Shown: piece by piece, positions 12,915-23,677 of the stretch
Position numbering within the stretch: position 1 is the stretch's first letter
Layout: every line of letters starts with the position of its first letter
NCBI GenBank assembly: GCA_013239625.1
Contig: MU053513.1
Span: 3,516,303 to 3,580,302 of the forward strand
Direction of reading: 5' to 3'
Length of the DNA stretch: 64,000 nucleotides
Origin: Lama guanicoe
Taxonomy: Eukaryota
Program-made: the position numbers and the translations under genes
The notes under the pieces: generated by a model
Seen by the model: only the letters and a program-made list of their open reading frames with translations
What the model was told of the DNA's origin: nothing
The model's database searches: none

Positions 12915-13135
12915 CATTTACTTGATGCCCAACTTTGCTCTAAGCATGTTGTTTGTGGTATAATATTGCTGTAACAACCCTAGAAAGTAGGGTAGTTTCT
13001 CTCCATTTTACATACAAGAACAAGGAGGCTCCAAGATAGTAAGTCTGTTTGTTCAAGACTATACAACCAGTAAATGGTAGAGCAGGCATTCAAGACTAGG
13101 TTTCTCAGAACCTCTCCCCAGGGCTTTTAACCTTG
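12915..13135 (-). mobile_element. MIR SINE
   Basis: 'aacaaccctagaaagtagg...ccattttacatacaagaacaaggaggctc...agtaaatggtagagcaggcattcaa'. Confidence 0.75.
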
Positions 13136-13331
13136 CACCCAGCTTTCCGACTTTAAAATGAAATGCATATTGGTTGGATGTTTTCAAGCTTATTTCACCA
13201 AGGTAATTTTCTCTGACTTAACCAGCAATTGTGTTGATGAGCAGAAATGATTTGCTTCATTTTTACAAATGAGCTTCAGAGTGTTTTATCAATTAAGGTA
13301 TCTGCTGTAGCAGAAAGTCTAAAAATGTGCA

Positions 13332-13505
13332 AAGCTGAGTATAATTCTGTGTGCTATGCAGTAGGACCTTGTTTATCTGTTTTAAATGTAGTAGTTAGTA
13401 TCTGCAAATCCCCAACTCCCTATTTATCCCTTCCTACCCCCTTCCTGCCCTGGTAACCAGTCAGTACCTTGTAATGGCTTACAATGAAAAAGAATATGAA
13501 AAGGA

Positions 13506-13543
<38 letters not shown>

Positions 13544-13612
13544 ATATATAATATATGAATCATTATGCTGTACACCAGAAATTAACACATTGTAAATCAA
13601 CTGTATTTTAAT
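13332..13612 (+). mobile_element. Short L1 3' insertion with 5' inversion
   Basis: TSD 'aaaaatgtgca' at 13321-13331 and 13613-13623. About 13335-13459 is antisense L1 3'UTR and about 13461-13612 is sense L1 3' end with an internal (TA)n(TG)n tract. Confidence 0.85.
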
Positions 13613-13759
13613 AAAAATGTGCAGTGTCCTAATATGGTACCAGTTTATATCTCTTACATATATTAAAAAAAACCCTCATATGTATAATTGGTAGAGTTGG
13701 CTGTTTTCCAAGCAGTAACTCAGGTACCTAGTTGCCATCCATTTTGTAGAGACACTGTC

Positions 13760-14550
13760 TTAAACATATGGTTTCCAAGATTGTACTGGTAGAAAAGACA
13801 TAAAGAGGGAGAAAGTGATGGCAAAGATCACATCTGTTCCTTTTCTGGTGAGAGCTAGTTACCGCATGACCCTACTTAATTGCAAGGGGGACCAGGAAGT
13901 GTAATCTCTGGCTGGTAGAGTTGTAGGTTCAGTGTGGGTTTTTGCAAGTGATAGTTCTACCAAATGTTTTGCCACTGTGTACCAAGATCCTCCACTTTTC
14001 CAGGCTCTGACATTAATGCCTTATTATCCCCTACTGCCTGGCCACAAAGCCAATCACGCATATTTTAGCTTTTTCTTACAGCAATACCCCATCTTAAAGG
14101 ACGATTAAAAAAAAAGTTGATTTAAACAGACTAATTGCTGTACCAAATAAACCTTAAAATTGTCACAGTTTAACACAGTAGATAGAGGTTTATTTCTTGC
14201 TCACATAATAGCAGTGTAGGTCCACATGCTATATTTGTGTGTTGCTGTGGGGGAGATCAGGATTGGGGGACTGTGCTCTACACAGTCTTCTGAGCATACT
14301 GACATCCGTTTTTGCTACCTTTAACAGGTGCTTTCAAGATCCCCTAAGCATTGACAACTAGATAGTGGATTGGAGGGTTTTTATGAGCAAGGTCTAGTAG
14401 TGGCATCCATCACTTCTGCTCACATTCCATTAGTCAGAACTAAGTCATATGGGCACACCTAACTGCAAGAGAGGCTGGAAAGTGTAGTAGAGCTACTTGC
14501 CTAGGAAGAAGGGGCAATGGTTTGGGGAATAACTAGCTATTCTGTTCCAT
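13760..14550 (-). mobile_element. MaLR (MLT1-type) remnants: LTR piece, internal 5' end, LTR
   Basis: Two 'ctaactgcaag(g/a)gaggctgg'-like LTR motifs (~13875 and ~14460). 'agccaatcacgcatattttag...cagcaataccccatctt' resembles the MaLR internal start, and 'ggtttatttcttgctcacataat' is the antisense LTR polyA region. Confidence 0.65.
14173..14510 (+). repeat. Donor copy of a ~335-bp direct duplication
   Basis: Aligns by eye with 21511-21844. 14352-14498 is identical to 21686-21832. Confidence 0.97.
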
Positions 14551-15569
14551 AGGGAATAATGATTTTCTAAGCATATTTACATCAGCCACATCTATAAATT
14601 TGACGTAGGACTGAGTGTGTTCACGTGAACTGAAAAAATATTGAAAAATATTCCTGTCATTATATAAGCAGAAAGAGAGGGAACAGCAAAAAGCTACCTA
14701 CCTGCAGCTGAAAGCTCCTGTTTCTCATTTGAGTGTATAAAATATATTGACAAATCTACAAAACACTAGGCAAACTTGTTTTGATTATATTTGCTGATAG
14801 TAAAAATTTGACTTTTAATATACTGCATATAATTTTGTCATCTGAGATAGAAAGTATATTTGCAGAACTATAAATGAGTTCTTTCATCTTGAAAATAATC
14901 CATATTTGTAACTAGATAAAATTCATTTTATGGAAAGTTTACATTCCTGCTGATTTAAAGAATATGATTTTGATAATACGTACTTTCTACCACTGAATGT
15001 GTCTGACTTTAATCCCTTTGAATGGAAAAACATAGACTGATTACACAGCTTTCATTGTATTATTAAAATAAAATACTGTAAGTAAAATGAAATATTTTTG
15101 AAGACTAAAGTAAAAATAACTGTCCTAGCATGCAAATGTTATCATTAAACCTAAAAATTGCTATTATTTTAAGGAGAATAGAGATTTAAAACAGTAGAAT
15201 GAATGCTATATTTTCTTCTGTATATAAAAGTGCAACATAAGTTTCAAACTTATAAATAGGGAATTTTGATTAAATTGATTGAAACAGTATCAAATTTTAA
15301 GGATAGAGTGCTATTTCAATAATTTTATTATGAGAATTTATTATCAGTTCCTTGACTTAGATGTATTTAAGAGTAGACGTGTGGAAAAGGGAAATGTCAT
15401 ACTGAGCATGTTCAGTGTCCATGTTCCATTACATCTGACCAATTGAAACCATGGGGCAAAAATTAGATTTTAAGAAATATTTGTTGAATGAATAAATGGC
15501 ATGTTTTCAGGTTATTTGGTCCAACATATTTTCAGGAAGAGAAGTCTTAATGTATACATAATTACAATT

Positions 15570-16140
15570 TTTCTCTAACAATTTTAAAATTTAGATTGTA
15601 TTCTTATCCAGTCCCCCAAACATGATAAGAACCTTAGCTACTTTAAATACCCATTGATTAGCATCCTTCTTCTCATATTTCTCTTGTTTTTATTGTCTAG
15701 AATTTTCATTATTCATTTTAAACACAATAAATTACTTTTTTGACAGTCATTCATTAAATATAGCAATAGTAAAAAAAATTCTGTGGCTTCATTATTTCTT
15801 GTGAACAGCACTTTTCCTCTGGGTTTGCTTTTTTCCTAGTTAGAGTATATTTTCAAGGAACTATTTTTACTTAAGGGTGGTTTTTTAATATTAGTCATAT
15901 ATCTGAAAATGCCATTATTTTATCTTTATTCATAGATGGCAGTTTAGCTTGGTATACATTTTTTGGATTAAAAGCTATTTTCCCTCAGGATTTTGAAGAT
16001 GGTATCACATTGTTTTTTAGTCTCCTTGTGGTGGATTATTCTAATTTCTCTTGTGGTGAAAGAAATCTAATTTCTCTTGTGGTTAATGTGCTTCTTCTCT
16101 GATAGCTTTTCTCTTTACTGATTTATCATTTATTCTTACA
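15570..16140 (-). mobile_element. Ancient L1 ORF1/inter-ORF fragment
   Basis: 'tctgaaaatgccattattttatc...gtttagcttggtatac...ttttccctcaggattttgaagatg'. Confidence 0.65.
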
Positions 16141-16359
16141 GTTCTGCCACTTGTTATGTGATGTACTTTGAGGCTGTATTGTTAGGTGTGTGTTAGTTGA
16201 TAGTGCATGTTTACTAACTGATATATAAGTATTACCTGTGCCCTTTGTGACTGCTGGCTTGGACATAGAAAGATTCATCCCATGCAGTTTTAGTTGTGGG
16301 GGAAAATATCGTCAGACACAGCCAAAGGCTTGAGGTCCTCTGGCAATGTTTGTATATTC

Positions 16360-16830
16360 TTCTTCTTTTGGTTTCCAAAAATCAGAAATCTAATGTAAAG
16401 TAGCCTAAACCAAAAAGGGGCTTTATTAGCTCAAGTAATTGTGAAGGGGAAGGATGAAGCTGGATGAGTATAGAATCAGGAGCCTAAATGCTCCCATTTC
16501 TCTGCATTTTGTCTTCATTTTCTTGTACTGCAGACAGGTCTCTTCATATGATAGGGGCGTGGCCTTTGGCACCTTAGGGCTTATAATGAAGAACATTCCA
16601 GCCATGTAATAAAGGGGGCTACTTGGCCAGCTTCAGGTAGAAAAGTCCAAGGGAAGGGTTTTGAACTTCGCTACTCTGGTGATTTACCTATTCGTTGTCC
16701 AATCCACTGTTCCCAGACAGATGAGGGGCGTAGTTGACCCCGTCTACTTAATATGCTGACACTGTGGTCAGGTGGGGTGGAGGTGGGATTTGTCACCAGA
16801 ATAAGGAGGAGGAAGAGGTACTAAGTAGAT
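16360..16830 (-). mobile_element. MLT1-type LTR (old)
   Basis: 'tagcctaaaccaaaaaggggctttattagctcaagtaattg'. Confidence 0.6.
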
Positions 16831-16999
16831 AAAAATAATAGTTACTATAATTTTTTTCTACTTCCTCAGATTAGGAACATAACCCTTGCTTAATTTTAAT
16901 CTTGTTCCTAGAAATATATCTCTATTATTGCTTTTATGGTTGAGCCTTTCTTTGTCTTAGCTATGTGCATTTAATAACTTCTTTATATGCTTTCTTAAC

Positions 17000-17225
17000 A
17001 CTTTGTATTTTCTTTGTAGAATTTATCACATTGCCTTACAGTTATGTCTCTGTGTGTCTCCCTCATTAGACGGTAATCTCTTTGTGGTAAGGGACTGCTT
17101 CCTTTTTGTCTTTGTAATTCTCATTAGTTCACTCGTTCAACTACTATTTATTGAGTACCTTTATGCCAGACACTGTAATAGCCCCTAGGAAAATAATGGA
17201 CGCTCAGTAAATGCCTTCAGGAATA
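17000..17225 (+). mobile_element. L2 3' end containing a short opposite-strand L2 tail
   Basis: 'gtctccctcattagacggtaatctctttgtggtaagggactg...gctcagtaaatg', interrupted by 'tatttattgagtacctttatgccagacactgt'. Confidence 0.6.
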
Positions 17226-18107
17226 AAGCTTCCCATACATTCTGAGAACGTGTTTGTTACGCTACTAAGGTTTTGACAGGCTAGATTCTTTCATTTCATT
17301 TTCCCGTTATTGTAATTTAAAAGGCTAGACATTCTAGAGAATGACCTTTGAAATGTTACACATGATGTGCATGTCAAGGGAAAAATCTTGGCTCTGCACA
17401 CCAGCCTCCTCGCTGTGTTTTAAAACGTGAGACTTCAGGGATGAGGCAAAGGCACAAAGCAGGCCCCAAGGCTCCTCCACGGAGAGGTGAACCGCGGGGC
17501 CCGGGATATTCCTGTTTTCATTAAAACAGGAAACATACCCATGTGTTTAGTCAGCGACAGGCTATTTCAAGGTACTTTAAAACACTGTGAAGTCACTAAA
17601 ATAAATTTCAGTGCTTCTCACCGTAGCACCAAATAAAACAGGGTAGAATAAAAAATGGAAGAAATGAAAATCCCATATGCTACCTTCTGACTAGCACTTG
17701 TAATAATGATAATAAAAAAAACGTATTAGAACTGTTTCTAAGACAAATCACTTTTTATGGAAATAAGCAACTGATATTCCCATTCAGCCTAATAGTTTCC
17801 AGCAGACCCTATGCTGTTCCTGCAAACTGAATTAATACTGTGTGTGTGCGCGCATGCATGCACACAAATGTAGGCGTTCGTTAAACTCTTTGACACTTGT
17901 CCTAATCTCTACATGTAATCTAAGGACAGCTGTATGATTTGGGGGATAATAAAGCATCATAGAGCCAGGAAGGTCCATAAAAAATAAAAATGTACTTATT
18001 CATCCAGTTTTATCTAAGAGAGGTGTTGTCTCTCACTTTTTAAAGTTAATACACTTGTTTCTTATCCTTGTATTATTCCTTTCCTTCCGCGTATCAAATT
18101 CATGCTC

Positions 18108-18615
18108 ATCTGTCAACTGCAAGTAACAGGAAGTTTCTAACTCACGTGCTTTAATAAGAAAATGTACTGTGGAACCTTGAGTTTCCTGGGTTGGTTAGTT
18201 AAAATCTCATTGACATCACTGAGAATCCATGTTCATGCCATCTAAAACTCTTTGATGCTCGGTGTATCTGTTTTGACCTTAGGCTAATTTATTTTGCGCT
18301 TGCAAAATAACACCACAACCAATGACAACCATGTCTGGCTGAAAAGAATACATCTTTCCCATGTGTCTTTTTCAGAGTGGGGAAATCTTCATAAACCCCA
18401 GCAGGCTTTCCCTCACAGCTCATTTGTTGGCATTGAGCCACCTGCCCCTGACTAAACCAACCCCTAGGAAGGGAATGGGATTACTATGATTGCCTTGGAT
18501 TAACAGGATTTACTTCTGAGAGATAAGAGAGAAGGAGGGTGGAAGGTACTGGACAGAATCAGAGCTCTGCAGCAAGGAAGAAAGGGGAATTGGACACCAC
18601 GCAGATCACCCTTGA
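18108..18615 (-). mobile_element. MLT1J-like LTR
   Basis: 'actgcaagtaacagg...ccccagcaggctttccctcac...ctaaaccaacccctaggaagggaatgggattactatgattg'. Confidence 0.7.
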
Positions 18616-21257
18616 TGTTGGCTTTGCTCACCTAGAATGTGTCACTGCCTGACCACTCCAGGTAGAATTAATCTTTCTTCTCTGTGCTTCCAGCACAAAC
18701 TTGAAGGAGCATTTTGTTTCTGTTATTTGCACTTAAAAGAAATCACTGTTAATGTTTCATTTTCATTTAAAACTATTGCATTATGATTCTTATAGATACA
18801 CTCCTGGGTCAATAACAATACTTTCTTTGTTGTTTTTAAACATACATCTCTAAGAGCTCAGTGTTAGACACTATTCCATCCTGTCTCTCTGGCCTCTGTC
18901 TTCTGCCTGTTGTGAACACACACTAGAATAATGGACTGAACACGGCCAGGAGTGTTGAAGTGGGGACAGGAAAGAATGAAAACTGAGACAGGGAGAAGTT
19001 TGTGTCTAACTTGTAGGGACACAAAGCTTAGTGTTGGGAGAGAATAAAACCCTCACAACATTTTAAAGCCTATCTTACAAATAATTATCTCTTCAATGAG
19101 CAATAGTGGCCAGATTAGATGGATGAAGACAGTGGGAATGAAGCAGGATTTGAGTATCTAGTCTCAATAATTTTCTGTCAGATGTTGACCTGCAATGTAA
19201 CATGAAACAGGTTGGAGAAAAATGCTCATTTCTTAGGTAGTAAACATTACTTCCATACAAAGCCCAGTCCTATTGATGGAAAAAAATGCCTTTATCTCAA
19301 TGTGTTTTTTTATGGAAACCCAGAAAAAAAGAAGTCACTTGTAGATGAAGAACACAAGGAATCATGTAATTCACAAAAATATCCCAAATGCCTTCATGAA
19401 AGACTTAACTAATTTTAAATGAACACATTAGTATCAGTGGTTCAATGTAATATTCTGTTTACTTAAGTCAGTAATTGTTATAAATGATAATGATTCCTCA
19501 TATTCTTAGATATTCAATACATTATTCATTCCTCCTTTGGCTGAGATATGAGAAAAATCAGAGCAATTATAGGTTTTTATGTAGTGATTTATAGGAAGAA
19601 TAGATTACTCATTAAGGTAATAGATGAATATTAAATGGAGACATTGTTGCCTCACTATTTTTCCTGATGGTTTATTAACATTCTTTATTGTTCTTTTAAA
19701 AAATTAATTAAAAATTTAATGTCTTCACGTGGAGTTGAGAGTCTGAGTATGAATTTTAGTATCCTTGTTGGAGATCAAATACTCTAAGGGGGGTAGTGGC
19801 CTCCTGTTCTTAATTTTTCATATGGGTTAGTGCATAATGAAGCCAAGTGAAGAATTAATATTCCTTCTTTAGAAGTTATAAATGATTTGTTTTGCTTATT
19901 AACAGTGAGTAAATCTACTATTAAGATATTTGAAAATTTGAGTTATTGGTTCTTAAATATCCTTCCTTGAATATTAAAATCTATTTATTTTATGTCAGCT
20001 TCTTTGGCAAATTTTTTCTGTTACCTTTTGTTTTCTTGGCATGCCAGTGTGCTCCATTCATTCATTCATTCATAAACTCCATCACAAAAGGACCTGTGAT
20101 CAAAACTATTCACATAGGCCACTTAGTCTGAAGTTCTGCCTCCCAAAACATAAAGTACCCTCTAATGCTACTTCTGATGTTTCAAGGGCTTAAGTTTGAA
20201 GAAGCCTTGCCTTAATAACAAACAAACAAACAAACAGCCTAGCTGTAGACTTTGTGTTCTAAGGTCTGTGGTCACAGAGTGTGTGCAAATGATGCCAGAG
20301 CATCTGGGAGCTGCCTGGATGTTTCTTTTTTCCATCGAACTGTTTTTGGTGGTAAACACACTTTAGTCAGTGAGGCAAGAGTTATGCAGCAGAAATTTTG
20401 AGAATCTTTATTTTCAGGCCACTAAGGCTCTTCCTCACACACATGGTTTTCATTGTTTGTTATATTTCCTCTCCATATTCACAGAATGAATTCCAGACTT
20501 ATTTCCAGTGATGAAGGCTACTTTAATTTTGGATTGGAGAAGAGCTATCATACCTTTAGAATTGGCCTCAGCCAGCCATCATAGACATTGGACTTAATTA
20601 TACACATTTTTAGCAAGTTGTACACACGTCATCCGATCACTTCACCACAGAACAGATAAAGTGGTGCTGTACTTACAGGGAAATGTCACATGCATCTCAT
20701 TATCACATGGCAGAACTTGTCTTAGAGAAGTAATTTCATTCTAAAGAAAAGGATAAGAGTTCAAATATTTCTGGCTACTACCAACACCTTAAGGCATAAT
20801 CGAATCAGAATGAATCTGGAGGATTGAATATGAGATGAGAGTGATTTAAAAAAAATACATTATTTGAACAGTCCTCTCTAAGATAGAAATTTCTCAGTAC
20901 TTTGTTACTTTTATTCAGACTTGGCCGAAAATCAATAGTGTATCTTACCCCAAAGACCTCATAGAAATATCGCAGTCCAGGGAGATCTGAATCCGTTCAG
21001 CAGATAGCTCATGTGGATTACTTCTCAAGGCCCTGGATAAATTATTAGTCTTAGGTAAGACATTCCTTTCTATGCAGTATGTGTGATTCATACCTCTTCA
21101 AATTCTTTCAAAGTGCCCAAATTCCATCTTGCCTCGTGGCCATGGCACGTGCGTCTTCCTTCACCTGGAGCTATTTACCTTGCCTTATATGCATGACTGA
21201 GTCCATTCTTGTAGGTCAAGTTTCAGCCCAATATCCTGGCTTCTGAAAGGCCATTTT

Positions 21258-21417
21258 TGCGTTTTCTTTTCTTTCTTTTTTGGGGGGTGGTGGGGGTAAG
21301 AGGTAATTAGGTTTATTTATTTACTAATTTTTTTTTTTTAATGGAGGTACTGGGGATTGAACCCAGGACCTCATGCACGCTAAGCATGAGCTCTACCGCT
21401 GAGCTCCACCCTCCCCC
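21258..21417 (-). mobile_element. tRNA-derived SINE, camelid Vic-1-like
   Basis: Minus strand: 'gggggagggtggagctcagcggtagagc...gaggtcctgggttcaatccccagtacctcca' (A and B boxes), then 'aaataaacctaattacctc' and an A-rich tail. TSD 'cttctga(a/g)aggcca(t/g)ttt' at 21240-21257 and 21419-21436. Confidence 0.9.
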
Positions 21418-21510
21418 ACTTCTGAGAGGCCAGTTTGGACCACTCCGTCAGAGTCCTCCTTGCTGTTATTTACTCTCAGTACACATCATCTCTTCATTCA
21501 TTTTACTTCT

Positions 21511-21844
21511 ACACAGTAGAGGTTTATTTCTTGCTCACATAATGGCAATGTGGGTCCACAATGCTATATTTGTGTGTTGGTGTGGGGGAAATCAGGATTG
21601 GGGACTGTGCTCTACACAGTCTTCTGAGCATCTTGACATCTGTTTTTGCTACCTTTAACAGGTGCTTCCAAGATCACATAAGCACTGACAACTAGATAGT
21701 GGATTGGAGGGTTTTTATGAGCAAGGTCTAGTAGTGGCATCCATCACTTCTGCTCACATTCCATTAGTCAGAACTAAGTCATATGGGCACACCTAACTGC
21801 AAGAGAGGCTGGAAAGTGTAGTAGAGCTACTTAGCCAGGAAGAA
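21511..21844 (+). repeat. Inserted copy of the ~335-bp direct duplication
   Basis: Near-identical to 14173-14510 and sits inside an L2. Confidence 0.97.
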
Positions 21845-22151
21845 TTGTGGATTTATTTAGTCTCTGTCTCTTCTCTATTCCCACTGCTCAGTGGTTGAAG
21901 ACTCCGTGGGTACAGAGGCACCGAGTAGCTGTTAATGTTTGCTGACTGGCTGAATGTTCCTGCTGTCAGGGCTGCAGCCGAATCCTGCACTTTGAGAATC
22001 CTACTGCTGTTGTGCTGTAGCCACTGCGTGCTTTTCCCATACAACACACTGAATTGTTTCTGTCTTCTTTCCATGTATAAAATAAGCCTCCACTGGCTTA
22101 AATTCAGCCAGTGTCTCTTTTCCATCTTATATTTGGGACAGGTAAAATAAG

Positions 22152-22221
22152 CAAGTAATTAAGGCCTCCCTAGGTATATTATTGCTCAAGTAATTAAGGC
22201 CTCCCTAGGTATATTATTGCT
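22152..22221. repeat. Perfect 35-bp tandem duplication
   Basis: 'caagtaattaaggcctccctaggtatattattgct' twice in tandem. Confidence 0.97.
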
Positions 22222-22483
22222 TGTAATGCAACACCAAGAATAGCAGGATTCTGAACAGAAAACGACAGTTTCTTTTGACAGTTAAAAAGCTTTTGCTTTT
22301 CAAAAAGACTGACTCTAAAGTCAAAATCTACTTTCTTCAAAGACAATTTTTTTGTTTCTTTCTTCCAAATTTTTGAAAATTAATAGAATAAAAATAGGTT
22401 TTATTTCTGTAGAACTCAGACTTCTTAAGTTTTTATTTTCATTTAAAAAAAAGCCCTCCAAACTGATAATTCTGTATCACACC

Positions 22484-22487
<4 letters not shown>

Positions 22488-22519
<32 letters not shown>

Positions 22520-22523
22520 ACAC
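22488..22523. repeat. (AC)n microsatellite with one interruption
   Basis: Read directly from the sequence. Confidence 0.95.
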
Positions 22524-22830
22524 GTGGCCCCAGTCTGCATTTTTTTTCAAGTACAAATTATCTTGGAGATTTACTTGATTGACTTAGGTGTGAAATAATT
22601 TTCTTGTCCAAATCAGGGACAGATACGTCAAATTTTCTCAGGTTGTCTTAGCAGCAGCCTTTCACTTGCTGTCTTGAGTAAAGGCTTTTAAAGTTTCTTT
22701 GTGGAAGAAATATCACATTTGAAAATGTGCCAGCATTTTCATGTTACTGTTTTATTACTAGATAAAGCAAGTTATATGATTTTAGAATTAGAAGTTTCCT
22801 TAGAGATAATCTAGTACAATAATCTCATTT

Positions 22831-23677
22831 TTAAACCATTTTTTATTGAAGTGTAGTTTCTGGTGTATAGAAAAGTGATCCAGTTATACATATATATATA
22901 TGTGTATATATCTTTCATATTATTTTTCAGTATGATTTATTACAGGATATTGAATATAGTTCCCTGTGCTGTACAGTAGGACTTTTATCTATTTTATATA
23001 TAAGAAGTTTTATCCACTAATTCCAAACTCTTAATTTATCCCTCCCCTCTCCCTGCTTTCCCCTTTGATAACCATAAATTTGTTTTTTATGTCTGTGAAT
23101 CTGTTTTGTAAATAAGTTCATTTGTGTCATTTTTTTAGATTCCACATATATGTGTCTTTTTCTGTCTGATTTACTTCACTTAGTATGACAATTTCTAGGT
23201 CCATCCATGTTGCTGCAAATGGCATTACTTCATTCTTTGTTATGGCTGAGTAATATTCCATTTTGTGTGTGTGTATCAATCACAACTTCTTTATCCATTC
23301 GTCTGTCAATAGACATTTAAGTGGTTTCCATGTCCTGGCTATTGTAAATAGTGCTTCTATGAACATTGGGGTACATATATCTTCAAATTGGAGTTTTCTC
23401 TGAATATATGCCCAAGAGTGGGATTGCTGGATCATACGGTAACTCTATTTTTCATTTTTACAGGAATCTACACACTGTTCTCCATAGTGGCTGCACCAAT
23501 TGACATTCTTACCAACAGTGTAGGAGGACTGCCCTTTCTCCACACACTTTCCAGCATTTATTAGTTGTAGATTTTTTTAATGATCACCATTCTGACCAGT
23601 GTGAGGTGATACCTCATTGTAGTTTCGATTTGCATTTCCTTAATAATTAGTGATATTGAGCATCTTTTCATGTGCCT
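22831..23677 (-). mobile_element. 5'-truncated L1 (ORF2 C-terminus plus 3'UTR) inserted in a MIR
   Basis: Minus strand translates RHMKRCSISLIIKEMQIETTMRYHLTLVRM (L1 ORF2 C-terminal region). TSD 'aataa(t/c)ctcattt' at 22818-22830 and 23678-23690. The left flank 'ccttagagataatctagtac' is MIR-like. Confidence 0.92.

Larger units (their letters stand above)
21110..21957 (+). mobile_element. L2 3' region, interrupted by a SINE and by the 334-bp duplicated segment
   Basis: 'ttgcctcgtggccatggcacgtgcgtcttccttcacctgga' through 'taatgtttgctgactggctgaatg'. Confidence 0.65.

Noticed and set aside
21341..21417. tRNA gene
   Set aside because: A and B boxes are present, but it has a SINE body, an A-rich tail and a TSD, so it is a SINE head.
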